Part shown: positions 1 through 9,200 of the stretch, one piece after another
How positions within the stretch are numbered: the stretch's first letter is position 1
How the letters are laid out: every line of letters starts with the position of its first letter
DNA from: a virus
Reading direction: 5' to 3' (one strand)
DNA length: 64,000 nucleotides
Virus record (IMG/VR): IMGVR_UViG_3300045988_138952
Span: 4,722-68,721 of that record
Program-made: the position numbers and the translations under genes
The notes under the pieces: generated by a model
What the model was told of the DNA's origin: nothing
Database searches by the model: none
Seen by the model: the letters and a program-made list of their open reading frames with translations, nothing else

Positions 1-503
1 GGAGCTATTCTCTCCAACCCCAACTTCCAAATTTCAATAATCCGGCAGAGTCTGCGCGGGCATGGGCGGACCAATACGAGAAGAACCAAATGCTTTCTTT
101 AGAAGTAAAGAAGAAAGAAGAGGAAAAACAGGCTATCATAGAGGAAACAAAACCAGCTGTAATATTCAAAGACTGCGTGACTGGCTCAGCTACAAACATT
201 CTTGTAGGAGACCTCGCAAAACTCATTACCCAAAACGGATATAACATCGGAGAAATAAGGCTTTACGACTGGATGGTAGAGAACAAATACCTTATCAGAA
301 AGCAAAGATACAGCAAGTCGAAGGATAAATACATAAATGACTATATGCCCACACAGCGGGCTATCGAAATGGGATTGTTCTTTGTAAGGGAAAGACCCAT
401 AGTGTCAGGTGATAGTCCCATATTCATAAAACATACATGTTATGTGACCGGGAGAGGACAAGTATATTTCTTGAATAAGTTTAAAACATTAATAGGAGCA
501 TAA
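1..503 (+). CDS. antirepressor C-terminal part with KilAC-like domain; 5' end outside window
   Basis: The frame of tracked ORF 90..503 stays open back to nt 3. The C-terminus (ILVGDLAKLITQNGYNIGEIRLYDWMVENKYLIRK..PTQRAIEMGLF..VTGRGQVYF) has the KilAC pattern also seen at 20024..20788 and 59739..60512. Confidence 0.6.
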   Translation, partial: SYSLQPQLPNFNNPAESARAWADQYEKNQMLSLEVKKKEEEKQAIIEETKPAVIFKDCVTGSATNILVGDLAKLITQNGYNIGEIRLYDWMVENKYLIRKQRYSKSKDKYINDYMPTQRAIEMGLFFVRERPIVSGDSPIFIKHTCYVTGRGQVYFLNKFKTLIGA

Positions 504-505
504 TT

Positions 506-1351
506 ATGAAAAGAGATGCAAGAACTCCGTTTTATGACATTATGTGCAGGGTAGAAGAAGATTGTACCTTAGCTATCTATTTTAATAAAGTTATTAACGA
601 ACTCGATATAGTAAAGATATTATTTGCTCCAAAAACATTTGAAGATACCAAGGAAGAAAATAGAGACTTTGCTGAACGGTTTTATCAGAGTTGTTTATGG
701 GAACTGTGGTTTTATCGCTCTTTATCAAGGCTTCATGAATGGGATGATACCCTCAATAAATACTTTTCTGAATACGAAGGGAAGTGGGAATTTTATGCTT
801 GTTCAAAAAGACTTGAAGCTATCAAGGAATATGGAGGTGAAGAAACTGATTACAATGAGGACGGTAGCATAAAAACGTTAAGCCTAACTGAAGATGATTT
901 GAGGTATCATACAGTTCTTGGCGAAATGGTGCAAGATGATTGGAGGGATATTGTGCAAGAAACTACCTGTGCCGATTTACAGTACATGATTTCTTGTTTG
1001 AAAACTCATGCAAGTTTTTCTTTATCCGATGCTTTTAAGGAATGTTTCGGAAAAGAAATTGCTACTTATAAGCAAGATGAAAACGGCAATATGGTTCCAA
1101 TGAGTTTTGCGGATAAGGCTATGGATAAGGCAGTAGAGCAATATACGGCTGACGGAATGGCTATTGGTATTACATTGGTTTGCGAATTTATCCAACGCAT
1201 AATCAGGGATATTAGGGCAATGGATAAGTTCAGTGACAATAGAGACAAACTTATCCAAATACACAAGGACGTAAGAAATATCCTTGATTTTAACCTCGAT
1301 GAAGTTTCCTATGTAGAGGAAATGCTCGAAGAGGAACGTAAAAACAAATAA
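506..1351 (+). CDS. hypothetical protein (281 aa)
   Basis: Long ORF starting 3 nt after the previous stop, on the same strand. No motif recognised. Confidence 0.7.
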   Translation: MKRDARTPFYDIMCRVEEDCTLAIYFNKVINELDIVKILFAPKTFEDTKEENRDFAERFYQSCLWELWFYRSLSRLHEWDDTLNKYFSEYEGKWEFYACSKRLEAIKEYGGEETDYNEDGSIKTLSLTEDDLRYHTVLGEMVQDDWRDIVQETTCADLQYMISCLKTHASFSLSDAFKECFGKEIATYKQDENGNMVPMSFADKAMDKAVEQYTADGMAIGITLVCEFIQRIIRDIRAMDKFSDNRDKLIQIHKDVRNILDFNLDEVSYVEEMLEEERKNK

Positions 1352-1481
1352 CATCAAGCTTTGCTCGCTTTATAAACGAGGTGGGCAAGCTTTATTCAAT
1401 TCGTTCCCAAACTACAAAATTATAGTTTGGCTGATTTACAACGAATTACATTTTAAATAAAAGACTAAACAAATATTCATC

Positions 1482-1715
1482 ATGGAAAGAAATACAACAC
1501 CCGCTAAGAAGAAATACGACCTTAGCGCAATAGACGAATTATTCAAAGACTGCATATCTCCCGAAGAATTACGGGAAGAGCTTATTGAACTGGCTTTTGA
1601 TTATGTGCAATACGTAGATGACGGGAATACAGATTTTGTCAAATCGAACATGAGCACCATATATGTATTGTGCTGTGCCCTACAAAAAGTAAAAGAATTA
1701 GAGACACCAAGCTAA
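1482..1715 (+). CDS. small acidic hypothetical protein; paralogue of 60502..60702
   Basis: Shares YDLS..LF...SPEELREEL..L.F.Y...VD.GN..F....STIY with the ORF that follows the other antirepressor gene. Confidence 0.6.
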   Translation: MERNTTPAKKKYDLSAIDELFKDCISPEELREELIELAFDYVQYVDDGNTDFVKSNMSTIYVLCCALQKVKELETPS

Positions 1716-1745
1716 TACCCTCACCAAAACAGCAAGCGGTATAAT

Positions 1746-1787
1746 CCAATGGAGAACCCGTTCAAAGCGTTCTAAACGTTCCATTGG
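1746..1787. terminator. hairpin between convergent genes
   Basis: CCAATGGA (1746-1753) pairs with TCCATTGG (1780-1787), with inner GAAC/GTTC pairing. It lies between the + operon end (1715) and the - operon end. Confidence 0.45.
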
Positions 1788-1847
1788 ATAACCCGGAAAA
1801 GGCGGCAATAGTCCATGTAAAGGACATTGTCCGCCAATTCAAGCAGT

Positions 1848-2018
1848 TCATCTATGTAATCCCTTTTTCGCATCACGTTCAAGTTTTCTACGTTGTTGGC
1901 GGTTTATACCATTTGCTATGGCAAGGCTGTTCAGCGTCTCTTTCTGTTCGGGAGAAAGCATGTTATATATTTCTTCCCGTGATTTGCCTGATAAAATGGC
2001 TTGTACTATTTTCCACAT
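1848..2018 (-). CDS. candidate small ORF (56 aa)
   Basis: My translation: MWKIVQAILSGKSREEIYNMLSPEQKETLNSLAIANGINRQQRRKLERDAKKGLHR. It overlaps the end of the upstream gene by 13 nt and is too short for the ORF track. Confidence 0.3.
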   Translation of the reverse strand: MWKIVQAILSGKSREEIYNMLSPEQKETLNSLAIANGINRQQRRKLERDAKKGLHR

Positions 2019-2428
2019 AAGCTACGTCTACAATGTTCACACAAAAATTTCTTCGCTACCGGGAACATCTTCTGTCCCACATATCCGCTAAGGTACTGCG
2101 CCTCTTCTCCATACGGGTCGATGCCGAACGCCCGTGAGATATGCCGGCATAGATGCCCCTTTTCATGGTCGAAAGAGTTCTGAAACTCTGCCGGGGAAGA
2201 GGTAAGGGCTATAACCATTACGGTTTGCCTGTTTCGGATATTGGAGTAAGTGATACCCGTATTCAGATTGCAGGAGCGCATGTTCTTATAGGCATTCACC
2301 AAATCCAGCCCCCTGCATCCCACCCGCTGAAGGTCAGCGATGATACGGTCGGTATAATAGCAGTCCACCGCATAATATACACGCACTTTCCAATCATAAT
2401 CCGGTATGTAAAATTCCTGTATTATCAT
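2006..2428 (-). CDS. small putative Zn-metallopeptidase (HExxH)
   Basis: Motif FDHEKGHLCRH followed by ..YGEEAQY about 20 residues later, which is a gluzincin-like arrangement. Same layout as 22878..23270. Confidence 0.5.
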   Translation of the reverse strand: MIIQEFYIPDYDWKVRVYYAVDCYYTDRIIADLQRVGCRGLDLVNAYKNMRSCNLNTGITYSNIRNRQTVMVIALTSSPAEFQNSFDHEKGHLCRHISRAFGIDPYGEEAQYLSGYVGQKMFPVAKKFLCEHCRRSLCGK

Positions 2429-2431
2429 AGG

Positions 2432-2851
2432 CTACATCATCTGTTCCCACATGATAGGATTGCCGGAGCCTATGCAGTCGGCATAGAACCGTGTGAAAGG
2501 CATTCCATTGTAAGCGTCCACATCATCTATGTAATCCTTAATGAACAATGCGAGATGGGCTTCGTCAGTGATAGAACTTTTGTAGTAATCCGACTTCGCC
2601 ATGTTTGCCACGTAAACGCTGTCGTACCCTGCGTCCTTCTCCAAGTTTATACTGTACTTTTTAAGAAGTTCCTCTACCTGCTCTTTGCTGATTGGTTCAA
2701 GTTTTTCCTCCTTGCCCGTAGATTTGTTTTCCATCTTCATGCGGGAAACAGCCCATAGGCACATCTTCTTGCTGAAATGCCATCCGTACTGGCTGAGATA
2801 GTCAGCCATTGCAGGCGGTATTCTGTCGTATGTATCTAATCTTTGTTTCAT
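2432..2851 (-). CDS. hypothetical protein (139 aa)
   Basis: ORF tightly packed with its neighbours (3-nt gap to the next gene). Confidence 0.7.
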   Translation of the reverse strand: MKQRLDTYDRIPPAMADYLSQYGWHFSKKMCLWAVSRMKMENKSTGKEEKLEPISKEQVEELLKKYSINLEKDAGYDSVYVANMAKSDYYKSSITDEAHLALFIKDYIDDVDAYNGMPFTRFYADCIGSGNPIMWEQMM

Positions 2852-2902
2852 ATTTTCCTGATTTTAAGTGATTGGCAAAAGAGGGGAATAATCCCCTCTC
2901 CA

Positions 2903-3235
2903 TTACATAAACTCTCCGTTGGCGCGTCTGCGTCTGCGTTCGCCCATATCATCACCGTAAGGCTGTGAATCGCGGCGTTCGTTGTAAACCGGATATTCCG
3001 GGAAGTAACCCGGCATACGACGTTCTCCCATATCCGAGCCGCCGCTATAGCTTCCACCGCGTGAACCACCGCTGTTACGATAGCCCATTTCACCGCCCTG
3101 CATCTCACGCATGGCTTTCTCGTAACCATGACGACAACCCTCTCTATAGGCTTCTTCCATAGGATTACCGCCTCTCATACCGAAGTCACGGTCATATTCT
3201 CCGCGTCCTTCTTCCAATATTTCCCACATTCCCAT
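2903..3235 (-). CDS. Gly/Arg/Tyr-rich low-complexity protein
   Basis: I chose the ATG at 3235, 1 nt after the upstream stop, rather than 3265. Sequence ..GYRNSGGSRGGSYSGGSDMGERR..DDMGERRRRRANGEF. Confidence 0.55.
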   Translation of the reverse strand: MGMWEILEEGRGEYDRDFGMRGGNPMEEAYREGCRHGYEKAMREMQGGEMGYRNSGGSRGGSYSGGSDMGERRMPGYFPEYPVYNERRDSQPYGDDMGERRRRRANGEFM

Positions 3236-3236
3236 A

Positions 3237-3779
3237 TTATTTCTTTGTTTTAGATGTTTCAGCAACTCCGAGCTGTTCCATAAGCCGTTTGTTCAAATCC
3301 ATAAGGTCGGACATATTTTTGCTCATTTCTGCCATTTGCCCTTTCAGAGAGGATATTTCCTGTTCCTGACGTTGTTTCTCTGCAAATTCGGGGTTCAAGA
3401 GCGTCAGCATCTTGTCACATCCCGCAATGACGGAATTGTGGAAGTCCATGCTGTTGATGATGTCTATGCTTTTCTGTTTCATAGAAGCGACCTCGTTATT
3501 CATCGCATCACGAGAGCATGACACTACGATATTGCCGTTCTGTCCGAAGTCGGCTATATCCATGCCGGCAGGTAGATTTTGGAAAGTCGTGTTCTGCCCG
3601 TTGATACAGACAACGACATCCACAACCATTTCCATTTGGGGCAACTGTCCCATAGGGGATGCCATAGGATATTTCGGCTTAGGAGCGGAAACGCTGACTA
3701 CCGGACCGTATTCGATAAACGGGTTAGCATCCTTATGAAGTATATACAACTGGTTATTGGTACGAAGTGATTGAAACAT
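3237..3779 (-). CDS. hypothetical protein with C-terminal coiled coil (180 aa)
   Basis: Long ORF with a heptad-like C-terminal part (EKQRQEQEISSLKGQMAEMSKNMSDLMDLNKRLMEQL). Confidence 0.7.
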   Translation of the reverse strand: MFQSLRTNNQLYILHKDANPFIEYGPVVSVSAPKPKYPMASPMGQLPQMEMVVDVVVCINGQNTTFQNLPAGMDIADFGQNGNIVVSCSRDAMNNEVASMKQKSIDIINSMDFHNSVIAGCDKMLTLLNPEFAEKQRQEQEISSLKGQMAEMSKNMSDLMDLNKRLMEQLGVAETSKTKK

Positions 3780-3796
3780 ATTGGTTTGATTTTAAA

Positions 3797-3838
3797 GGGG
3801 TGTGGCTATTCCCATTTTGGAAATAACCACAAAGCCCC
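3797..3838 (-). terminator. strong intergenic hairpin (partial terminator or processing site)
   Basis: Minus strand reads GGGGCTTTGTGGTTATTTCC-AAAA-TGGGAATAGCCACACCCC followed by TTTAAAA. It lies between 3846..4268 and 3237..3779. Confidence 0.45.
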
Positions 3839-3845
3839 ATGTTAA

Positions 3846-4268
3846 CTACTTGCTCTTTTGAGCGGTTGCTTCTGCTGTCGGAGTCGGTGTCGATGCGGTT
3901 GTCGGACGATACCCACCGTTAACAAGGAACAGTTCGTTGGTGTACTTGTTATAGTGGATTTCGTAGATACCCGTTCCGGCAAGGTTGCCGACAGTCACCG
4001 GCTCATTGTTGTAAGCCAGCAACGGTCTTGTATCCCCATTAGTCCCTATCAGTATCGGGAGTGTAGCAGTCGTACCGGCAGGTATCGCCTGGCGGAGACT
4101 GACATAGAAACCGCCTACATAGCTTCTGTTACGGAACGCATGGTTAGGCAGCTCTAAAGTCACGTTCTCCGTGCCGACCGTTACGGCTACCGTAGGAAGG
4201 GTATTGAAATTAGCCCTTCCAATAGTAGGGAACAAGAAAGGAAATCCTGTAAAAAAGTTAGGCCACAT
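3846..4268 (-). CDS. hypothetical protein (140 aa), beta-rich with Thr/Pro/Ala tail
   Basis: ORF followed by the strong hairpin at 3797..3838. No motif recognised. Confidence 0.65.
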   Translation of the reverse strand: MWPNFFTGFPFLFPTIGRANFNTLPTVAVTVGTENVTLELPNHAFRNRSYVGGFYVSLRQAIPAGTTATLPILIGTNGDTRPLLAYNNEPVTVGNLAGTGIYEIHYNKYTNELFLVNGGYRPTTASTPTPTAEATAQKSK

Positions 4269-4291
4269 AATTACCCCCTTTCTTACCGGAA

Positions 4292-5275
4292 TTAACCCCA
4301 GTAGTTGTTACAACCACAACCGCTACGCCCATACATTGCATCACCGGCGTAAGCACCGAAAGCCGCAGCACGAGCTATCTCAGGGTTAAATGCTTGCAAT
4401 TGCGGGTATGGCACTGCTACCGTAGGTGGCATCTTGCATTTTATTCCATCGACATCGGACTGCAATGCCTGCAAGCCTGCTGCCAAAGGAGCAATCTGTT
4501 GTCCTACTGAATTCAGGATAGTAGCATTCTGGTTACGTTGGGAGATTTCAGCGGTCAAAGTGGCTTTTTCTGCTGTAAGAGCCGCAATCTTGTCCTGCAA
4601 TGCTTGGTTCTGCATAGCGTCCAACTTTGCAAGGATAGCATTGGTATTGGCGGTCGCACCGTCACGCAATGAAAGTGCATTCTGATTGGCTGTGTTGACA
4701 AGCGCGTTGGTCTGATTGCACATCGCAAGCTGGTTCTCATAGCCCATTGTGGTAATGGCGTTCTGAGTCTTGCAGCAACAATCTGCAATCTGAGTAAGAA
4801 CAGCCTGATTTCCGGACTGGAATGCGTTGATGATTTGCTGGCTTGACATGCCCACCTGATTTCCTACATTGGCGATAAGTCCCTGGATGTTGCACAGGGC
4901 GCTCTGTAACTGTTGGGTAGAGCAGTTCAAAGAAGAAGCAAGCTGGTTGATGGCATTGCCATTGCCCTGAATGGCTGACATCAGGTATTCACGACCGACA
5001 TCACCGTTAAGCTCGGCAGGCAGACCTCCACCATTGCCAAAGCGGTTGCCGAAGCCGTTACCGCCCCAACAGAACCACAAAAGGATAATCCAGATGAACC
5101 ACCACGAGCCGCCCCATTGGTCTTGGCTGCCACGTCCCTGGTTCAGTAAAGCGAGAAGTCCGGGGTCTACACCCTTGCTTCCCATCAAGTTGGGCAACAT
5201 AGCCATGATGTCAAATTTGCTTCCGCCACCATTTCCGTTGTTCCCGTCTTGGTTGAAGACATACGTTCTTTCCAT
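4292..5275 (-). CDS. Gln/Asn-rich membrane protein with Cys clusters
   Basis: G/N-rich N-terminus, one Trp-rich TM segment (WWFIWIILLWFCWGG), a long Q/N/A-rich coiled-coil-like region, a CCC cluster and a GCGCNNYWG C-terminus. Confidence 0.7.
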   Translation of the reverse strand: MERTYVFNQDGNNGNGGGSKFDIMAMLPNLMGSKGVDPGLLALLNQGRGSQDQWGGSWWFIWIILLWFCWGGNGFGNRFGNGGGLPAELNGDVGREYLMSAIQGNGNAINQLASSLNCSTQQLQSALCNIQGLIANVGNQVGMSSQQIINAFQSGNQAVLTQIADCCCKTQNAITTMGYENQLAMCNQTNALVNTANQNALSLRDGATANTNAILAKLDAMQNQALQDKIAALTAEKATLTAEISQRNQNATILNSVGQQIAPLAAGLQALQSDVDGIKCKMPPTVAVPYPQLQAFNPEIARAAAFGAYAGDAMYGRSGCGCNNYWG

Positions 5276-5348
5276 AGAGATTTATATTTTGTATTACGGT
5301 CAAAATCAACCGCATCACAAAAGTATAAATACGCAATCTGCCATGAAA

Positions 5349-5642
5349 TCAGTTGTTTCCCAACGCTTTCCTAATGTTTTCCCAATATATTCTCAACATT
5401 TTCCCGCCTTCCATGCGTTCTTGGAAATTGGAAATCATGTAGTTTATCGCGCGTTTGGTCTTGTGAATTTTAGGAGCTATCTGTGAAGGATACATTCCCC
5501 TTTCGACAAGCAACTGTACAAGCAAATAGCGGGCGTCTACGGTTCCCGTATCCTTATCCGAAGATAGTATTCGGCTGGCGGGTATTTCGGTCTCCTGCGC
5601 CACGAGATTAATTGTTTCGGCAAAGATTTCTGACTTACACAT
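5349..5642 (-). CDS. small HTH protein resembling DnaA C-terminal (domain IV-like) DNA-binding fold
   Basis: ..VDARYLLVQLLVERGMYPSQIAPKIHKTKRAINYMISNF.. resembles the Bac_DnaA_C type helix-turn-helix. Recognised by eye only. Confidence 0.45.
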   Translation of the reverse strand: MCKSEIFAETINLVAQETEIPASRILSSDKDTGTVDARYLLVQLLVERGMYPSQIAPKIHKTKRAINYMISNFQERMEGGKMLRIYWENIRKALGNN

Positions 5643-5708
5643 AGTTTTTCTGAATTTTATATTTATCTTTGCCCTGCCACATAAAATATTTGATTATATA
5701 CGAACAAA

Positions 5709-5762
5709 GCATAAGATACCGTGTTGAAGATATTAAAGCCTCCAACGTGCGGTGTCTTATGC
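5709..5762. terminator. 13-bp-stem hairpin in intergenic gap
   Basis: GCATAAGATACCG (5709-5721) pairs with CGGTGTCTTATGC (5750-5762) with one G-U pair. Confidence 0.35.
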
Positions 5763-5801
5763 TTATCATGTTTTTATGTGGCAATATTAACGTGAAACGT
5801 T

Positions 5802-5829
5802 GGGGGCTTTCTTTTTACTCTAAGCCCCC
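5802..5829 (-). terminator. GC-rich hairpin downstream of 5877..6338
   Basis: GGGGGCTT pairs with AAGCCCCC (8 bp), about 50 nt after the stop at 5877. There is no clean U-run. Confidence 0.4.
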
Positions 5830-5876
5830 GAAAGAGTGTCAGCTACAAGCCAACTTCTACATCGTTAATTTCTTTT

Positions 5877-6338
5877 TTACCATACAAATAGATTATAACT
5901 TATTCCTGCGCCTACGTACATGCCGCCCGGATACCCATACCCAGCCTGCAACCCTAATCCCCAACGCTTCTTCTTCGGTTTGATGGGAACCGGATGATAG
6001 ATGTCATTTGTTACTGTCTGATAAACAGTTCTTGGATACACAGTCATACTATCCAGCCGTGGGGCTACATATCCGCTCACCACCGCACGATACAAGCTAT
6101 CTTCATACACAACCCGTTTGCGATGAAGCAGGGTATCACCTATACGCACTGTATCATTCGGCAATATCTGCCAAAAGACCGCTATCGGTGCGGAGATAAG
6201 AACCGTATCAGTCTTGACAACCGTCTGTATCTTTGTTTCGGTACGGATTTCTGCCGGCAAAGGCTCGAGCGGGCGGAACCACGCCGCCACACAAGCGATT
6301 GCCAGCAATACAACTAATAACCAGGGTAGTTTTTTCAT
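5877..6338 (-). CDS. secreted or lipid-anchored protein (possible lipoprotein, spanin-like candidate)
   Basis: N-terminus MKKLPWLLVVLLAIAC is a signal with a lipobox-like AIAC. Its start overlaps the stop of the preceding 2-TM gene (ATGA). Confidence 0.6.
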   Translation of the reverse strand: MKKLPWLLVVLLAIACVAAWFRPLEPLPAEIRTETKIQTVVKTDTVLISAPIAVFWQILPNDTVRIGDTLLHRKRVVYEDSLYRAVVSGYVAPRLDSMTVYPRTVYQTVTNDIYHPVPIKPKKKRWGLGLQAGYGYPGGMYVGAGISYNLFVW

Positions 6339-6541
6339 AACTTCAACAAATAATGATTAACAACCATGCCTGCACATATTGCGACAGCTCCACACAGCAA
6401 GTCTGCTTTGTTCCATTTGCCGTTATAGTAGTGGCAACGGTCGCTGTTCTCCTTGATAAAGAGCATCAGTAGTGCAGTGCTGCCACCGAATACTATAGCG
6501 GTGGATAGATAGACCACCGCACCTAAGATGTTATTTCTCAT
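6335..6541 (-). CDS. small two-TM membrane protein (68 aa; holin-like)
   Basis: I used the internal Met (MRNNILGAVVYLSTAIVFGG..) because the tracked start at 6730 overlaps the fibre gene. It has two hydrophobic segments. Confidence 0.5.
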   Translation of the reverse strand: MRNNILGAVVYLSTAIVFGGSTALLMLFIKENSDRCHYYNGKWNKADLLCGAVAICAGMVVNHYLLKL

Positions 6542-6569
6542 AACAATTAGTATATTTATGATATTAATT

Positions 6570-6598
6570 TCATCCCGGACTGTGAAGTGCCGGGATGA
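6570..6598 (-). terminator. hairpin after second fibre gene
   Basis: TCATCCCGG pairs with CCGGGATGA (9 bp), 14 nt downstream of the stop at 6612. The U-run is weak. Confidence 0.4.
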
Positions 6599-6611
6599 AT
6601 TTGTGTTAACC

Positions 6612-8969
6612 TCATTGGAAAGTAGGATCAACCCCATTATCCAACACTTCAATACTAACTTCAAGACCGCTTGTGTTTTCTGCGACTGAAATCGTATTAG
6701 TCCACTTTCTCGGCACATCACTTTCCACAATCAAATGGTCTCCCATATTAATCATCGTATGACAAGTCAAATGTATGGATGCAAGTGCGGTACATATATC
6801 CTGTACAGACATATCGTCAGTAGTGGCCACACTCCACGGCTTATTGGTGTATGAGATACCTTCTACCTCATTGTCTATATTTTCGCTTCTGAATAATGTA
6901 GTGGTATACTCTTTCAGAGTAATAACTCCATTGGTAGGAGAGCCTGTAAAAGAGATTTTTATTTTTTCCCTGGTGCCATAATCAGTGCACACCTTAACCC
7001 CTTCATCGAAATAAGCACTCCCGACAAACGGGAATACAGGCTTAATCATAGATATATTATTTCTCCAGGTTTTAAGCAGAGAAGTATATTGCGTATTAGT
7101 ATCAACGACGACAAGCAGCCCTTTGTCTGCATAATCTTTGATGGCATTTAAAATCCTCTCTCTGTCTGTCGTAGTAGCGGTATCATGGGCATACAGAGCA
7201 AGATGCTTTTTATACTTGACCGCTTCATCAAGTAAAGACAATGAATAATCTGCCAACTCTGCATTATCCATTCCGTGCCTTGGGATATACCATCTATTAG
7301 TGCTGGCAGTGATAAACCTGGCTTCACCGTTGAAATACCTCTGGCTGATTGTTCCGATGGAATAATTATAATACTTGGATAATATTACAGCACTATGGGC
7401 ATCCATATAATTCTCAGGAGGACACCAACCCTCGGTTTTCAGCCCTTGAGAAATAAAGTATTCTTTGGCCGATTTGATTGTATCTTCAAACTCAGCATCA
7501 CTGAAGTTATTGCTACCTTTATGTGTGGCCCAGCCATGAGCAATAAAACCATTCCCGGCTTGTATTAACGACTTGAATTTCTCCTTGTCCTGGATAGACC
7601 TGTTTTTATATATAAAGGCATTAAGGCAACAGGTAATTGGAATACCCATTGGATTCGCCACGTCACACCAGGAAAAAAAGGCATCAATGTAATCCAGCAT
7701 TATACTGACTGATGCTGTTTCTTGTACTGTCGGTATGTGCGTGTCTAATTTGTTTAACAACTTTATCTCTTTATTGGTCTCTTCTATTTTTTCATCAATA
7801 GTTGGAAAAGTGTATGATATAGATACAGTTGCATCCAAATCATATCCCTTATAAATTATATAAGGATAGTCAGATGGTGACGGCGCAACAATCTGTTTGC
7901 TGCCTGATTCAACCTTTTTACTTCTGTATATCTCTTGTACCCCATCCGTTTTATTATCACTTGACTTGCTGAAATAAACCTCAGTCCAAGTTGCTTTAGT
8001 ATTAGCATAGTCAACATTCAAGGTACTGTTGTCAGGAAATGTATTCTCTAATGACTGAAACTGCATCTTAAATGGATATATATCAACATTTATCTCTTTG
8101 CCGCCAATACTATCCTGTATGTCAGAGATAATTTGGCTCTGCTCTTCTATTTTCTGATTAACATTTTCATAAACCTTATTGATGTCGTCAAATATGTTTT
8201 TATTCTCACCGGCAGATATTGTCGTTTTAATGCTGCTGTCATCTGCTGCCTTAAAAAGTATATATGGATATTCTGACCTGTTAGGAGCTTTACCTGTTTT
8301 ACTAATAGTTTCATGATTCATCCCTTTAACGACAAAATCAAGATAGAAGTATTGTTGGCCTTGATATGGAGATACAGACGAGAACGCCAAGAATATAGTT
8401 TGCTTATTCGGGTTATCAATGTGAATGGTACAATCTTTCCCTTCGGGGAAAATATTCTCAAGGGATTGCCAAACTGCTGATGAAGACAGTTCTAATGTTA
8501 TCTCTTTGTCGTAAGTTCCATCTGTATCAATCTTATCGGCGTTTAAGTTGAATATATCGTTGTCAATTCGTTCAATCATTGCCTGATTGGGTATTTGCTT
8601 CCAGCTGCCGATATTTGTAAACGTCCCGTCCTGGAACTCCCACGTTTCTACCTTGCCGTCCGAATTGATGAATGACACCTTCAGTCCGATGTTTCTAAGT
8701 TCCTGCGGGACTTGGGCTATAGCGCCTTCCAGACTGTACTTGTTACTCCCGCCAATTCCCGAAGTAGGATGCTGGACGGAAACATTATACTCGGTGATGT
8801 AGTTCATATAGTCAGTGTTGCCACCAGTGCCACCACCAGTGCCGATGTATTCCTTCAATGTAGCGGTACTCATTGAGCCATTGCTACTACCTTGCTGAAA
8901 AGGTATCAGCTCGTTTCCTGTTAAGTTCTCCTTTTGAGGGAGTTCTCCTATTTGTAATCCTTCTGCCAT
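6612..8969 (-). CDS. second tail fibre / receptor-binding protein; C-terminal half possibly a carbohydrate esterase (NodB/CE4-like)
   Basis: Fibre-type N-terminus MAEGLQIGELPQKENLTGNELIPFQQGSSNGSMSTATLKEYI. C-terminal motifs IAHGWATH, WYIPRHG and LALYAHD resemble polysaccharide-deacetylase motifs (by eye). Confidence 0.55.
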   Translation of the reverse strand: MAEGLQIGELPQKENLTGNELIPFQQGSSNGSMSTATLKEYIGTGGGTGGNTDYMNYITEYNVSVQHPTSGIGGSNKYSLEGAIAQVPQELRNIGLKVSFINSDGKVETWEFQDGTFTNIGSWKQIPNQAMIERIDNDIFNLNADKIDTDGTYDKEITLELSSSAVWQSLENIFPEGKDCTIHIDNPNKQTIFLAFSSVSPYQGQQYFYLDFVVKGMNHETISKTGKAPNRSEYPYILFKAADDSSIKTTISAGENKNIFDDINKVYENVNQKIEEQSQIISDIQDSIGGKEINVDIYPFKMQFQSLENTFPDNSTLNVDYANTKATWTEVYFSKSSDNKTDGVQEIYRSKKVESGSKQIVAPSPSDYPYIIYKGYDLDATVSISYTFPTIDEKIEETNKEIKLLNKLDTHIPTVQETASVSIMLDYIDAFFSWCDVANPMGIPITCCLNAFIYKNRSIQDKEKFKSLIQAGNGFIAHGWATHKGSNNFSDAEFEDTIKSAKEYFISQGLKTEGWCPPENYMDAHSAVILSKYYNYSIGTISQRYFNGEARFITASTNRWYIPRHGMDNAELADYSLSLLDEAVKYKKHLALYAHDTATTTDRERILNAIKDYADKGLLVVVDTNTQYTSLLKTWRNNISMIKPVFPFVGSAYFDEGVKVCTDYGTREKIKISFTGSPTNGVITLKEYTTTLFRSENIDNEVEGISYTNKPWSVATTDDMSVQDICTALASIHLTCHTMINMGDHLIVESDVPRKWTNTISVAENTSGLEVSIEVLDNGVDPTFQ

Positions 8970-8990
8970 ATCTTTTTATTTTTTATCATT

Positions 8991-9197
8991 TTATTTTTTG
9001 TTATCTGCAAGTAATATCGGCTCTTCGTTAGCCAACAATAACGGAGTGCCATCCGATAATAATAAATACCTTCCATCAGGGGATGGGTTTGGTCCCGGTT
9101 TATTATCCTTGATATATGAATACCCTATAGTAAGTATACCGATAGTAGGAATACCGATTGTCGGGATGCTGATGTTGGGGATAGTGATTGGGTTCAT
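8991..9197 (-). CDS. small hypothetical protein with IPTIG repeats
   Basis: 68-aa ORF that fills the gap between two - strand genes. Confidence 0.45.
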   Translation of the reverse strand: MNPITIPNISIPTIGIPTIGILTIGYSYIKDNKPGPNPSPDGRYLLLSDGTPLLLANEEPILLADNKK

Positions 9198-9200
9198 AGG

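Noticed and set aside
5669-5983. 104-aa + strand ORF downstream of a TATCTTTG-like box at about 5663.
   Set aside because: It crosses two strong hairpins and the 3' end of a - strand gene, and its sequence is not protein-like.
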